Shown here: piece after piece, positions 1 through 8,814 of the stretch
Position numbering within the stretch: the first letter of the stretch is position 1
How the letters are laid out: each line of letters opens with the position of its first letter
Assembly: GCA_044350705.1 (NCBI GenBank)
Contig: JBILHA010000002.1
Span: 178,295 to 242,294 of the forward strand
Reading direction: 5' to 3'
From: Candidatus Kapaibacterium sp.
GTDB taxonomy: Bacteria; Patescibacteriota; Patescibacteriia; UBA9934
Length of the DNA: 64,000 nt
Made by a program: the position numbers and the translations under genes
The notes under the pieces: generated by a model
Database searches by the model: none
The model's input: the letters and a program-made list of their open reading frames with translations, nothing else
Told to the model about the DNA's origin: nothing

Positions 1-221
1 CCTAAAAAATTCTGTTGAATCTCTGCACGCAGCTCCTCTTCATCTTGCGAAACGACCGCAAGCATAGCATCCGTATCTCCCGCATTTATCCCGTCTACGA
101 GCGCTCTGAGCTGGCTAAAAACGCTCTGCTGTTCACTGAGAGGAAGGCTTGTTTCTGCAAATACCGGCGTACCTCCCAAGAATAGGAGGGTGAAGAGACT
201 TATCATGAGTATTTTTTTCAT
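1..221 (-). CDS. Secreted hypothetical protein, 5' part (runs off window start)
   Basis: ATG at 221; reads MKKILMISLFTLLFLGGTPVFAETS (signal peptide); frame open to the window edge. Confidence 0.7.
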   Translation of the reverse strand, partial: MKKILMISLFTLLFLGGTPVFAETSLPLSEQQSVFSQLRALVDGINAGDTDAMLAVVSQDEEELRAEIQQNFL

Positions 222-276
222 ATGCTTAAAAACAAAAAGATGCATTCAGTATATACCGAATACATCTTCTCGTGGG

Positions 277-2349
277 TTATTCTAGGTGGACTGCATCCAC
301 GTACTCTTTCAGTTTATCGCGTACCGTTGGGAAGTTTGCAAGGTCCGAACCTGTATCAAGCAATTGTTTCGCAAAATCTTTTGCGTAGGACATGAGATCA
401 ATATCTTCCATGGTTCCCATCTTGAATTGCTGAAATCCTGATTGCTCAGTACCAAAGACATTTCCTGATCCACGAAGTTGGAGATCTCTTTCTGCCAGGT
501 CAAAGCCATCTTGATTGTCTTCAATTGCCAACAGGCGCTCACGAGCTACTTCTCCCAAGACTCCCGAAGGATGCAGGAAGCAGTAACTCTGATACTCGCC
601 ACGTCCTACACGGCCGCGGAGCTGGTGCAACTGCGCGAGTCCAAAGCGTTCTGCGCCTTCGATATACATTACCGTCGCGTTCGGGACGTCAACTCCCACT
701 TCGACCACCGTCGTAGAAATAAGCATATCCGCCTCCCCGGCCGCAAACGCGCGCATGACGTCATCTTTTTCTTTCGTCTTCATGCGACCATGGAGCATGA
801 GGATGCGATATCCCTTAAAAGGACCGACCGAGAATTCCTTCAGTACTTCATGGACCGAATTTGCTCCCAGTGCATCGGACTCTTCAATAAGCGGACATAC
901 CACAAATACCTGACGACCTGCATCCATTTCTGTACGCATTTGCATGTATGCTTCTTCTTCTCGACCGAGATCGGTGAGGCGAGTAATGATCGGCTTTCTT
1001 CCAACGGGATATTCATCCAGGATTGAACGATCGAGATCGCCATAGAGCACGAGGGCGAGCGAACGTGGGATCGGTGTTGCCGTCATGGAAAGCAAGTGCG
1101 GAATACCATCTGCGTCTCCTTGTTTGTCTTTCAGCGCTTGACGTTGGCGCACGCCAAAGCGGTGCTGCTCATCTACAACCACAAGCCCCAGACGGTTAAA
1201 GAGCACCTCTTGTGTAAGCAGTGCGTGTGTTCCTACCACCACATCCACCACGCCATTTTTGAGCGCAGAAAGAAGTTGCGCCTTTGTCACCTCCTTCTCT
1301 CCTACGCGACGTTTTGTTCTCGTATAGAGTGCGATGGTGAGCGATTTTCCAAAGAGCTTTTGTAGTGTTTGTGCATGCTGTTCTGCAAGAATTTCGGTAG
1401 GTGCAAGCATTGCGGTTTGCCAGCTTGCTTGCGCAGCATTTAATGCAACCAATGCTGCAACGATCGTTTTTCCGCTTCCCACATCACCTTCTAAGAGCCG
1501 GTTCATGGGCTCTGGGCGGTTCATATCTTGAATAATCGCCCAGATCGCCTTCTTTTGTGCGCCAGTTAATTGAAAAGGCAATTCCGCTACGGTCTTTTTA
1601 ATGAGATCTTCTGCAAACGGCACCCGTGGCGCTTTATGCTCACGGAGTTCACGACGACTCTTTGCATGGAGAAGTTGATACAGGAAAAACTCATCAAATT
1701 TCATGCGACGGAGCGCCCGATCTTTTTCTTCAGGAGAAGGAGGGAAATGCAATAGTGGAATTGCTTCCTGCAGTGACAGGAGCGTCGCCTCTTCTCGCAG
1801 CCGCTCGGGGAGCCACTCTTCAATTTCTTTTACCGCTGAGAGCGCAGCTTCTACAACCTTCCGGCGCATTTTTTGCGTAAGGGCTCCGGTGAGCTTGTAC
1901 ACCGGCATGATCCGTCCGGTTTCTTTCGTCACCTTTCCATTCCCAATGATTTCGTATACCGGATTTACTAGCGAGAGTCCGTAGCGATCATCTACCTTTC
2001 CCGCAAGAGAAACGATCTGTCCAGGCTTTAAAAGCTTCGTAATAAAACCCTGATGAAACCACACTCCTTTGAGTGCGCCGGTACCGTCGTCAACCAGCGC
2101 TTCGGTTACGATCATTCTCCCTTGTTTTGCCTTCCGGTTTTCAATGGCCGTAATCGTACCTTGTACGGTTACCTTTTGCCCCGCTTGTACGTCTGCAATC
2201 GCAAGGGCATGGGATAGATCATCGTACCGGAATGGAAAATCAAATAACGCATCACGCAAGGTTGCAAGACCAAGGCGAGCGAAGTCTTTTGCTTTCGCTC
2301 CCCCCACTCCCAGTACCGCAGAAATAGATGTGGTTAATCGAAAGGCCAT
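277..2349 (-). CDS. recG: ATP-dependent DNA helicase RecG
   Basis: N-terminal OB/wedge region, GDVGSGKT Walker A, DEQH box, MTATPIPRSL, QLHQLRGRVGRG. Confidence 0.97.
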   Translation of the reverse strand: MAFRLTTSISAVLGVGGAKAKDFARLGLATLRDALFDFPFRYDDLSHALAIADVQAGQKVTVQGTITAIENRKAKQGRMIVTEALVDDGTGALKGVWFHQGFITKLLKPGQIVSLAGKVDDRYGLSLVNPVYEIIGNGKVTKETGRIMPVYKLTGALTQKMRRKVVEAALSAVKEIEEWLPERLREEATLLSLQEAIPLLHFPPSPEEKDRALRRMKFDEFFLYQLLHAKSRRELREHKAPRVPFAEDLIKKTVAELPFQLTGAQKKAIWAIIQDMNRPEPMNRLLEGDVGSGKTIVAALVALNAAQASWQTAMLAPTEILAEQHAQTLQKLFGKSLTIALYTRTKRRVGEKEVTKAQLLSALKNGVVDVVVGTHALLTQEVLFNRLGLVVVDEQHRFGVRQRQALKDKQGDADGIPHLLSMTATPIPRSLALVLYGDLDRSILDEYPVGRKPIITRLTDLGREEEAYMQMRTEMDAGRQVFVVCPLIEESDALGANSVHEVLKEFSVGPFKGYRILMLHGRMKTKEKDDVMRAFAAGEADMLISTTVVEVGVDVPNATVMYIEGAERFGLAQLHQLRGRVGRGEYQSYCFLHPSGVLGEVARERLLAIEDNQDGFDLAERDLQLRGSGNVFGTEQSGFQQFKMGTMEDIDLMSYAKDFAKQLLDTGSDLANFPTVRDKLKEYVDAVHLE

Positions 2350-2406
2350 AAAACATGCATCATCTGAGCGATTATATGATGCGAAGATGAAAAATGCAAG
2401 CTTTCT

Positions 2407-3039
2407 TTAGTCCTGCTTTTCGCCGTCCTCTTTCTTTTGGGCGGCCAAAATTCTCAGTGGGGGAATATTCATCCAAACCCAGCTTTCTTCCACTGCCCCA
2501 AAAGAGGCATGCAGATACTTCCGCATGTCTGAGGTGAAATTAAAAATAAGAAATCTTCCTCCTGGTTTTATCATTTCAGCAGTATCCCGAGTAATTTCAT
2601 CTCGCTCCTTTTCTTCAAGAAAAGAAAACGGAATCCTTGCAATAACCGCATCTACTTCTCCCCCCTTCCTCTTTCTTACGATCTCCTTCCCTTCTTGCGC
2701 CTTTCCCGCTATGACTTCTACTCGCTCGTCTTGTGCAAATTTTTTTTGGAGGTACTCCACAAAATGAGCATTCGTCTCTATTAAAAATAAACGGGATGTG
2801 GGACTCATCCGTCTTACTATTTCCTCTGATACATTCCCTCTTCCCGGTCCGTATTCCACGATGACTACCGGGCGAGTGAAATCTATTTGATCACCAATGT
2901 ACTTCGCTGCACGCTGCGAAGTAGGAATAACGGATGCAATCTGACGATAATTTTTTAAAAATGCAGAAAAAAATTCCCACTTCTCTTTAAGCATATTCCC
3001 CTTTTCATCAAGAACATGAGTGTTTTCTGATAGTAGCAT
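2407..3039 (-). CDS. Class I SAM methyltransferase, phospholipid N-methyltransferase (PmtA)-like; start may be later (MLKEKW)
   Basis: IASVIPTS and IVEYGPGRG SAM motif; C-terminal WMNIPP typical of the family. Confidence 0.75.
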   Translation of the reverse strand: MLLSENTHVLDEKGNMLKEKWEFFSAFLKNYRQIASVIPTSQRAAKYIGDQIDFTRPVVIVEYGPGRGNVSEEIVRRMSPTSRLFLIETNAHFVEYLQKKFAQDERVEVIAGKAQEGKEIVRKRKGGEVDAVIARIPFSFLEEKERDEITRDTAEMIKPGGRFLIFNFTSDMRKYLHASFGAVEESWVWMNIPPLRILAAQKKEDGEKQD

Positions 3040-3073
3040 TTTCTCTTTTTTTGTGGAATTTTCTTCAAAACCA

Positions 3074-3799
3074 TCAGGCGTGAGAAGCGCCTTCCCCCTC
3101 CAAGGCGATCACGAGCGCTAAAGTAAAACCGTCATGCCCTTTGCTTCCTACGGTTTGGATGGTTGTTGCGCTGACGCGAGGTTCACCGGCAAGCATGTCG
3201 TTTAAACTCCGGATTCCTTGGACGCTTGGGCTCTTACTTTCCTCCTCCAGTACTTCCCCATTTCGAATGACGTTGTCGATTATAATGATGGTTCCAACAC
3301 GCGAGAGTTTGAGCGCCCAAGAAAAATAGTCTGGATTATGCATCTTATCCGCATCGATAAAGATAAGATCAAAAGGCGCTTGCTCCGCGAGGGTTGGAAG
3401 CGTTTCAAGGGCTTTTCCAGGAATAATTCGTACCTTGTCTTCCAGGCCAGCGCGTACAATGTTTTCACGAGACGTCTTTAGGCACAACGGGCTTGCTTCA
3501 AGCGTCACAAGCCGACCATCCGGTGGAAGTGCGCGTGTAAGCCAGATGGTGCTGTAGGCAAAGAGCGTGCCAATTTCGAGTATATTTTTTGCTCCTTGCA
3601 TGCGTGCCAAGAGATGAAGAAACTTTCCCTGGGCGGGTGAAACATTGTGCGGTGGCAGCCCCGCCTTTGCACCTGCCGCAAGCGCCGCATCGAGCACTTC
3701 ATCGGAAGGCACGAGGAGACTATTGATGTAGGCATCTACGGCGGTACATTTTTCTTGAAGAGACACTTCTTGCATATCGCACTCCACTTTAGCACTCAT
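3074..3799 (-). CDS. O-methyltransferase (caffeoyl-CoA OMT / Methyltransf_3 family)
   Basis: VSPAQGKFL, ILEIGT..YS, FDLIFIDADK, IIDNV, KGHDGF motifs. Confidence 0.9.
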   Translation of the reverse strand: MSAKVECDMQEVSLQEKCTAVDAYINSLLVPSDEVLDAALAAGAKAGLPPHNVSPAQGKFLHLLARMQGAKNILEIGTLFAYSTIWLTRALPPDGRLVTLEASPLCLKTSRENIVRAGLEDKVRIIPGKALETLPTLAEQAPFDLIFIDADKMHNPDYFSWALKLSRVGTIIIIDNVIRNGEVLEEESKSPSVQGIRSLNDMLAGEPRVSATTIQTVGSKGHDGFTLALVIALEGEGASHA

Positions 3800-3839
3800 T
3801 TTATAAAAACAAAAAACCGACCCGTGCGTCGATTTTTTG

Positions 3840-3927
3840 TGGCGGAGAGGGCGAGATTCGAACTCGCGGTACCTTTCAGCACGACAGTTTTCAAGACTGT
3901 TGCCTTAAACCACTCGGCCACCTCTCC
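3840..3927 (-). tRNA. tRNA-Ser(TGA), CCA encoded
   Basis: GGAGAGGTGGCCGAGTGG...ACAGT-CTTGAAA-ACTGT, long variable arm, GTTCGAATC, ends GCCA. Confidence 0.97.
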
Positions 3928-3933
3928 TTATAC

Positions 3934-4058
3934 ATTTTTACCGCCCAAGTTTGCCATCTACGGTGTCAGATGCCTGCGCCCCTCCTCACCGTACATTTGA
4001 GTACGCCTCGTCGGTGCTCGGCACCTTCCTTGTATATGGCAAACTGAGCAGTAAAAAT
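3934..4058 (-). repeat. Long imperfect hairpin element, copy A (GGCGTAC-loop-GTACG family), 6 nt upstream of tRNA-Ser(TGA)
   Basis: Nested inverted repeats atttttac/gtaaaaat, agtttgccat/atggcaaact, cgtac/gtacg; aligns with 4771-4895. Confidence 0.8.
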
Positions 4059-4142
4059 TTACTTGTCCTTCCTTATTCTTGCGAAACATCGGGAAGCGGA
4101 GATAGAGTAAGAGAAAAAGAAACTTTTGTCCACCGAGACTAT

Positions 4143-4649
4143 ATGGAAGAAAAAACGCTTTTTGAGGCAACGGTCGTATTTCCCATCCGCGAAGACGGGC
4201 AGGTGCTTCTCGCGAAAAAGACCATGAAAATTGGTGCGGGATGCTGGAATGGGTATGGCGGCGGCCGTGAGGGGAATGAGCCGCTCACAAAGACGGCGAT
4301 TCGAGAGTTAGAAGAGGAGTGCGGATTGCGTGTACGAGAAGAAGACCTCGAGAAGATCGGCTTGCTCCGCTCATATAATCACAAGTCTACGGGTGAGGTG
4401 GCTTTCGGCGAAGTACATTTTTATACCGCAAAGAACTGTCAGGGAGAGCCTCGTGCAACCGAGGAAATGGCAACTCCTACCTGGTTTTCTCCCGCCGCAC
4501 TCCCCCTGGATGAGCTCATGCCTGCAGATAAGCTGTGGATTCCCGACGCCCTCGCCGGAAAAAAGCTCATTGTCACCGTCCACTACAGTCCCTTTCAAAA
4601 AGAGCTTCTCCAGCCCATAGACGTGCAAGAAGTCCAGGGATTTGAGTAA
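4143..4649 (+). CDS. NUDIX hydrolase (MutT/MTH1-like)
   Basis: Nudix box GGGREGNEPLTKTAIRELEEECGL; WNGYGG; TEEMATPTWF. Confidence 0.9.
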   Translation: MEEKTLFEATVVFPIREDGQVLLAKKTMKIGAGCWNGYGGGREGNEPLTKTAIRELEEECGLRVREEDLEKIGLLRSYNHKSTGEVAFGEVHFYTAKNCQGEPRATEEMATPTWFSPAALPLDELMPADKLWIPDALAGKKLIVTVHYSPFQKELLQPIDVQEVQGFE

Positions 4650-4652
4650 AAA

Positions 4653-4681
4653 TTGAAAAGTTTTTTTCTCTCGTGTACTAT
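4653..4681 (+). promoter_or_regulatory. Sigma70-type promoter for tRNA-Ser(GCT)
   Basis: TTGAAA-17 nt-TACTAT. Confidence 0.55.
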
Positions 4682-4712
4682 CTTTTTCGAATTTGATTGT
4701 TTTCGCCGTGAG

Positions 4713-4746
4713 AAGAATTAAGGATTAAGAGTAAGAATTGAGAATT
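4713..4746. repeat. Degenerate heptamer tandem repeat, about 5 x AAGAATT
   Basis: aagaatt aaggatt aagagt aagaatt gagaatt. Confidence 0.65.
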
Positions 4747-4770
4747 AGGGGGGAGGAATGAGAAAGAGCA

Positions 4771-4895
4771 GATTTGGTACTAAGTTCGTTCAGTTGCCAG
4801 GAGATTTCGAGGCTTGGCCGAGGCGTACCATATCGGTACGGTGAGGCCAAACGCAGAAATCGACGCCGCAAATGGACGAACTTGGGTACCAAATC
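4771..4895 (+). repeat. Long imperfect hairpin element, copy B, 5 nt upstream of tRNA-Ser(GCT)
   Basis: gatttggtac/gtaccaaatc, aagttcgt/acgaactt, gatttc/gaaatc, ttggcc/ggccaa, cgtacc/ggtacg. Confidence 0.82.
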
Positions 4896-4900
4896 CCCAA

Positions 4901-4990
4901 GGAGAGGTGGCCGAGTGGTCGAAGGCACCACATTGCTAACGTGGCGAAGGGTAAAACTTTCCGGAGGTTCGAATCCTCTCCTCTCCGCCA
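4901..4990 (+). tRNA. tRNA-Ser(GCT), CCA encoded
   Basis: Cloverleaf, anticodon loop TTGCTAA, long variable arm, GGTTCGAATCC, ends GCCA. Confidence 0.96.
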
Positions 4991-5023
4991 CATAAAAACG
5001 ACTCATCAGAGTCGTTTTTATGT

Positions 5024-5398
5024 TTATTTTTTCTTTGCAAGCATCGTGAAAACTCCCGGAGATGCAAGAAACATGGCCCAAAATACAACCGATGGCATGT
5101 CATAGCTATAGAGCACTATTCCTAGTACCGACATAAGTATCGCGGCGATTATTGCCGGCATTGCAGACATCTTCACCGTTTCTTTTTGCGCTTTTTGCAG
5201 AAGCGCTCCTCCGAGCATTCCCCCAAACGGTATGCCGATTAGCGCGAAAAAAACTCCCCCTGCTTCGTATCCCGCGGCAACTCCGCCAAATGCTGGAAAT
5301 CCACTATTTCCACCTATCACTACTCCAAGTGCAAGTCCTATGCCGCCAAGCACTCCCCCGCCAATGAGTCCCGCGAGGTAGTGTGCGAGTATTTTCAT
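5024..5398 (-). CDS. Small Gly-rich membrane protein (about 4 TM)
   Basis: Hydrophobic ORF directly downstream of the asparaginase gene. Confidence 0.75.
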   Translation of the reverse strand: MKILAHYLAGLIGGGVLGGIGLALGVVIGGNSGFPAFGGVAAGYEAGGVFFALIGIPFGGMLGGALLQKAQKETVKMSAMPAIIAAILMSVLGIVLYSYDMPSVVFWAMFLASPGVFTMLAKKK

Positions 5399-5402
5399 AT
5401 GC

Positions 5403-6443
5403 TTAGAGTAATTCCTTGTTGAGATAAATCATCGCCTTACGGACATCAACTTCGCCAAGCATATTGTAATGCATGCGTTCTTTCATTTTTTCATAGGGCG
5501 TGTTTTGTCCGAGGAGCCACATAAGCTTTGTACTCATGCATTCCATGCTCATATCGAATGCTTGGATCACTCCTCGCTTTACTGCTTCGAGGCCTACTGA
5601 ATCAACACCAAGTAAGGTCGCGCCTCCCGGACACTGCGTTGTAACCACGATAGGGATTTTCTTTTCTTGCGCATATTCAAGCGCAGGAAAAAGCTCTTCC
5701 GGCAAATCTCCCGATCCGTATCCTCGCAAAATAAGCCCTTTTACGTTGACATCTATGAGTGCCGTCATTGCGGTTGCGGTAATACCCGGGATGCAGGTGA
5801 GACACACAATGCTTCGTTCGAAATTGTTTATTAAATTGAGCGACCCTGGATGACGTGGCTTTATTTCTTTCTTAATTTCAATACCTAAACTTATTCGTCC
5901 GAAATCTTTATCATTAAATGTTGCGAATGCATCAAGATCGCTTTCGCTCACTTTTTTTGCACGAGCACCCATGATGATTTTACTTCCAAATACCACGTAT
6001 ACCCCACTTAAATCTAACGTGCACACGCGCAATGCATTTACCAAATTGTTTCGACCATCGGTAGAAATGATCTCTGCGGGAATTTGTGCTCCTGTAAGGA
6101 CCACTGGCTTTCCAAGATTTTGCAAACTAAATGAAAGCGCACTTGCGGTATACGCCATGGTATTGGTTCCGTGTGTTATCAAAAAACCATCGTAGTTATC
6201 ATATTCTTCCGCAATTGCTTCGCCGATGATTCTCCAGTTTTCTGGAGTTGCGTTACTGCTATCGATATTGGATAGCTCTCGTACGTTGATCTGCGCGATT
6301 TCTACGATTCTTGGTTCGAGACGGAAGAACTGATCGGCGCCATGCGCAACATCGAGCGCTCCCGTTTCTGCGTTTTTGGTCATGGAGATTGTTCCTCCGC
6401 AGAAAAGAATGAGAATTCGTTTTTTTGCTTCTTGTGTTTCCAT
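5403..6443 (-). CDS. ansA: Type I L-asparaginase/glutaminase family protein
   Basis: GGTISM, THGTNTMAYTA, PVVLTGAQ, GYGSGD motifs. Confidence 0.85.
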   Translation of the reverse strand: METQEAKKRILILFCGGTISMTKNAETGALDVAHGADQFFRLEPRIVEIAQINVRELSNIDSSNATPENWRIIGEAIAEEYDNYDGFLITHGTNTMAYTASALSFSLQNLGKPVVLTGAQIPAEIISTDGRNNLVNALRVCTLDLSGVYVVFGSKIIMGARAKKVSESDLDAFATFNDKDFGRISLGIEIKKEIKPRHPGSLNLINNFERSIVCLTCIPGITATAMTALIDVNVKGLILRGYGSGDLPEELFPALEYAQEKKIPIVVTTQCPGGATLLGVDSVGLEAVKRGVIQAFDMSMECMSTKLMWLLGQNTPYEKMKERMHYNMLGEVDVRKAMIYLNKELL

Positions 6444-6447
6444 ATTT

Positions 6448-7290
6448 TTATACGATGGTAAGAGAAAGAATAAGAATTGCAAGTGCGGCGAGAATTTTCT
6501 TACTATTCACCCTCTCTTTCAGCACGATCGCGCTTATAAGCAATACGAAGATTGGCGTGATGTTTCCGAGTGTTATTGCAACACCCGTACTTCCCAGGGT
6601 GAGTGCATAATAAAGAAGAATCCATTGTGCAATAACGAACAGTCCGCGTAAAAATATAAAGCGATATGTTTTTGTATCTAGCTCTTTTGGTGAATTTTTA
6701 AAGAAACATGCTGCGAATAATCCGATTAATGCCGCACGAAGCATGTATAACGTAGGCGCGTTTGTTGCCTCCATTCCACTTAAGAGATACTTACTTGGAA
6801 TTGCCGACGCGCCAAATAATACTGCGGAGATTACCGCCGGGTAGAGCGTTGCACTTTTAAACTGCTCGAGATTTTTCCAGTCTATCGATATAGCTATCAT
6901 CGATGCGATGATTACGATTGCTGTAAGCGTGCTCTGCATTGATGGATACTCTCCAAGCACAATAGCGGCAAATCCCAGTGTCGCCATAGGTGCTAGGGAA
7001 AGGATCGGAACCGCGACACTCGCTTCGGTTTTTTCAAAAGTTTTGAAGTAAAAATAATTTGCAACGCTATCGATGAGTGCAATGAGTCCGACGAGCGCAA
7101 TGCTCTTCCATGAAAAGATAAATTTATAAAAAAATGGCGAGATTGCTAACAACGTTGCGGCCATGATAAGAAAATTTGTTGCAAGAATTTTCTTTGCAGG
7201 GATGTCTTTCAACAGCACGCGCGCCAGAATACTCGCGACTGCGGCGAGCAATGCGGACAATATGGGAATTGCGGTAGAAATAGCGATCAT
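6448..7290 (-). CDS. EamA/DMT family transporter
   Basis: About 10 TM segments in two EamA halves, ending in VLGE and VLKE. Confidence 0.85.
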   Translation of the reverse strand: MIAISTAIPILSALLAAVASILARVLLKDIPAKKILATNFLIMAATLLAISPFFYKFIFSWKSIALVGLIALIDSVANYFYFKTFEKTEASVAVPILSLAPMATLGFAAIVLGEYPSMQSTLTAIVIIASMIAISIDWKNLEQFKSATLYPAVISAVLFGASAIPSKYLLSGMEATNAPTLYMLRAALIGLFAACFFKNSPKELDTKTYRFIFLRGLFVIAQWILLYYALTLGSTGVAITLGNITPIFVLLISAIVLKERVNSKKILAALAILILSLTIV

Positions 7291-7380
7291 ATTCCTCAAA
7301 AGGATACTTTATGTGTTCTTTTTTTACTATTTTTCTTACTTATTTCTTCCCCAGTTCTTTATTGTTTTCTCTTCATTTTC

Positions 7381-7929
7381 GTGAAATACTTTCTTTCGTT
7401 TTCTTATCTTTTCTATGCAAAAAATAAACTCCCTTCCGCATGGTACGCCGTTTTCTCAATGGCACTGATCACCTTCATAGGCGCTGGATGCACCACTTCT
7501 GGCAATGTTGAGGTCTCCACCGAAACCAACAACGAAGGAGCCGCTGATGTCGCTTCCAACGCTAACGCATCAGAAAATACCGGAACCCCTGCAACGAACA
7601 GCGATTCTACCCCTACCTCCAAAGATGAGAACGGCTATGCAGATGGAACCTATTCTGCAACCGGTACGTATACCTCCCCTGGAGGCAAGGAGGAACTTCC
7701 TGTTACCCTCACCCTTGAAAACGGCGTCATCGTTGAAGTCTCCATTGAAACGCCTGCCACCAATCCCGCTTCAAAGCGTTGGCAAATGGTTTTTTCAGAA
7801 AATTTCAAACCTCTCGTCGTGGGAAAATCCCTTGCTGATGTGCAACTTGATGCCGTTTCCGGATCATCGCTCACGCCCAAAGGATTCAACGATGCCATCT
7901 CCCAAATAAAAGCACAAGCAAGTTCTTAG
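7381..7929 (+). CDS. FMN-binding (flavinylation target) lipoprotein; start uncertain
   Basis: Lipobox GAGC, low-complexity linker, YADGTYSATG, VSGSSLT flavinylation-type motif; adjacent to apbE. Confidence 0.85.
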   Translation: MKYFLSFSYLFYAKNKLPSAWYAVFSMALITFIGAGCTTSGNVEVSTETNNEGAADVASNANASENTGTPATNSDSTPTSKDENGYADGTYSATGTYTSPGGKEELPVTLTLENGVIVEVSIETPATNPASKRWQMVFSENFKPLVVGKSLADVQLDAVSGSSLTPKGFNDAISQIKAQASS

Positions 7930-7935
7930 TTCCGT

Positions 7936-8811
7936 ATGGCTTCCCAGCCGTGGATTTTTGATGCGATCGGGACGCGCTGGCAGATCGACATTCCTGACAT
8001 GTACCCGAAGAGCCTCCAAGAAGAGGCTCTTCGTGTTATCCATGAACGCATCGAGATCTACGACAAAGATTATTCTCGTTTTCGCGAGGACTCCTTCGTG
8101 ACGCGTATGTCACGAGAAGGCGGCACTTATACCCTTCCTTCGGACGCCAAACCTCTTTTTGATTTGTATCACGATCTCTATCGCATGACCGGAGGAGCAT
8201 TTACTCCTCTTATCGGAAGGACACTTGTTGAAGCAGGGTACGATGCAAACTATTCTCTTCAACCGGGAGCTCTCACTGCTCCGCCCTCGTGGGAAGAGGC
8301 GCTTTCTTACGCCTTCCCTCGTCTCACTCTTCACACACCTACTCTGCTCGATGTAGGCGCTGGAGGAAAGGGCTATCTTGTCGATATTATTGGCGATCTT
8401 TTAACGAAAAAAGGGATTGCTTCATTTTGCATAAATGCGGGAGGCGATATTCTCTACCGCCATCCTTCACAGAGCTTACGCGTTGGACTGGAGAATCCTC
8501 TCAATGTCCAAGAAGTTTTAGGAATCGTCGAGCTAGAACGAGGAAGTATTTGCGGATCTGCAGGCAATCGTCGCTTGTGGGCGAATTTCCATCACACCAT
8601 TGATCCACGCACCCTTTCATCGCCTTCCCATATTCTGGCTACGTGGGTCGTTGCGGACAACGCCCTTCTCGCTGACGCGCTTTCCACCTGTCTCTTTCTT
8701 ACACCGGCCAGCAGCCTTCATGAAGCCTACGAATTCTCGCATTGTATGCTTTATCCTGATATGACCATCGATACCTCACCCGACTTTCCTGCCGAATTTT
8801 TTACTTCTTAG
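7936..8811 (+). CDS. apbE: FAD:protein FMN transferase (ApbE family)
   Basis: SRFREDS, LDVGAGGKGYLVD, INAGGDI, HHTIDPRT, ADALST. Confidence 0.93.
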   Translation: MASQPWIFDAIGTRWQIDIPDMYPKSLQEEALRVIHERIEIYDKDYSRFREDSFVTRMSREGGTYTLPSDAKPLFDLYHDLYRMTGGAFTPLIGRTLVEAGYDANYSLQPGALTAPPSWEEALSYAFPRLTLHTPTLLDVGAGGKGYLVDIIGDLLTKKGIASFCINAGGDILYRHPSQSLRVGLENPLNVQEVLGIVELERGSICGSAGNRRLWANFHHTIDPRTLSSPSHILATWVVADNALLADALSTCLFLTPASSLHEAYEFSHCMLYPDMTIDTSPDFPAEFFTS

Positions 8812-8814
8812 CCT

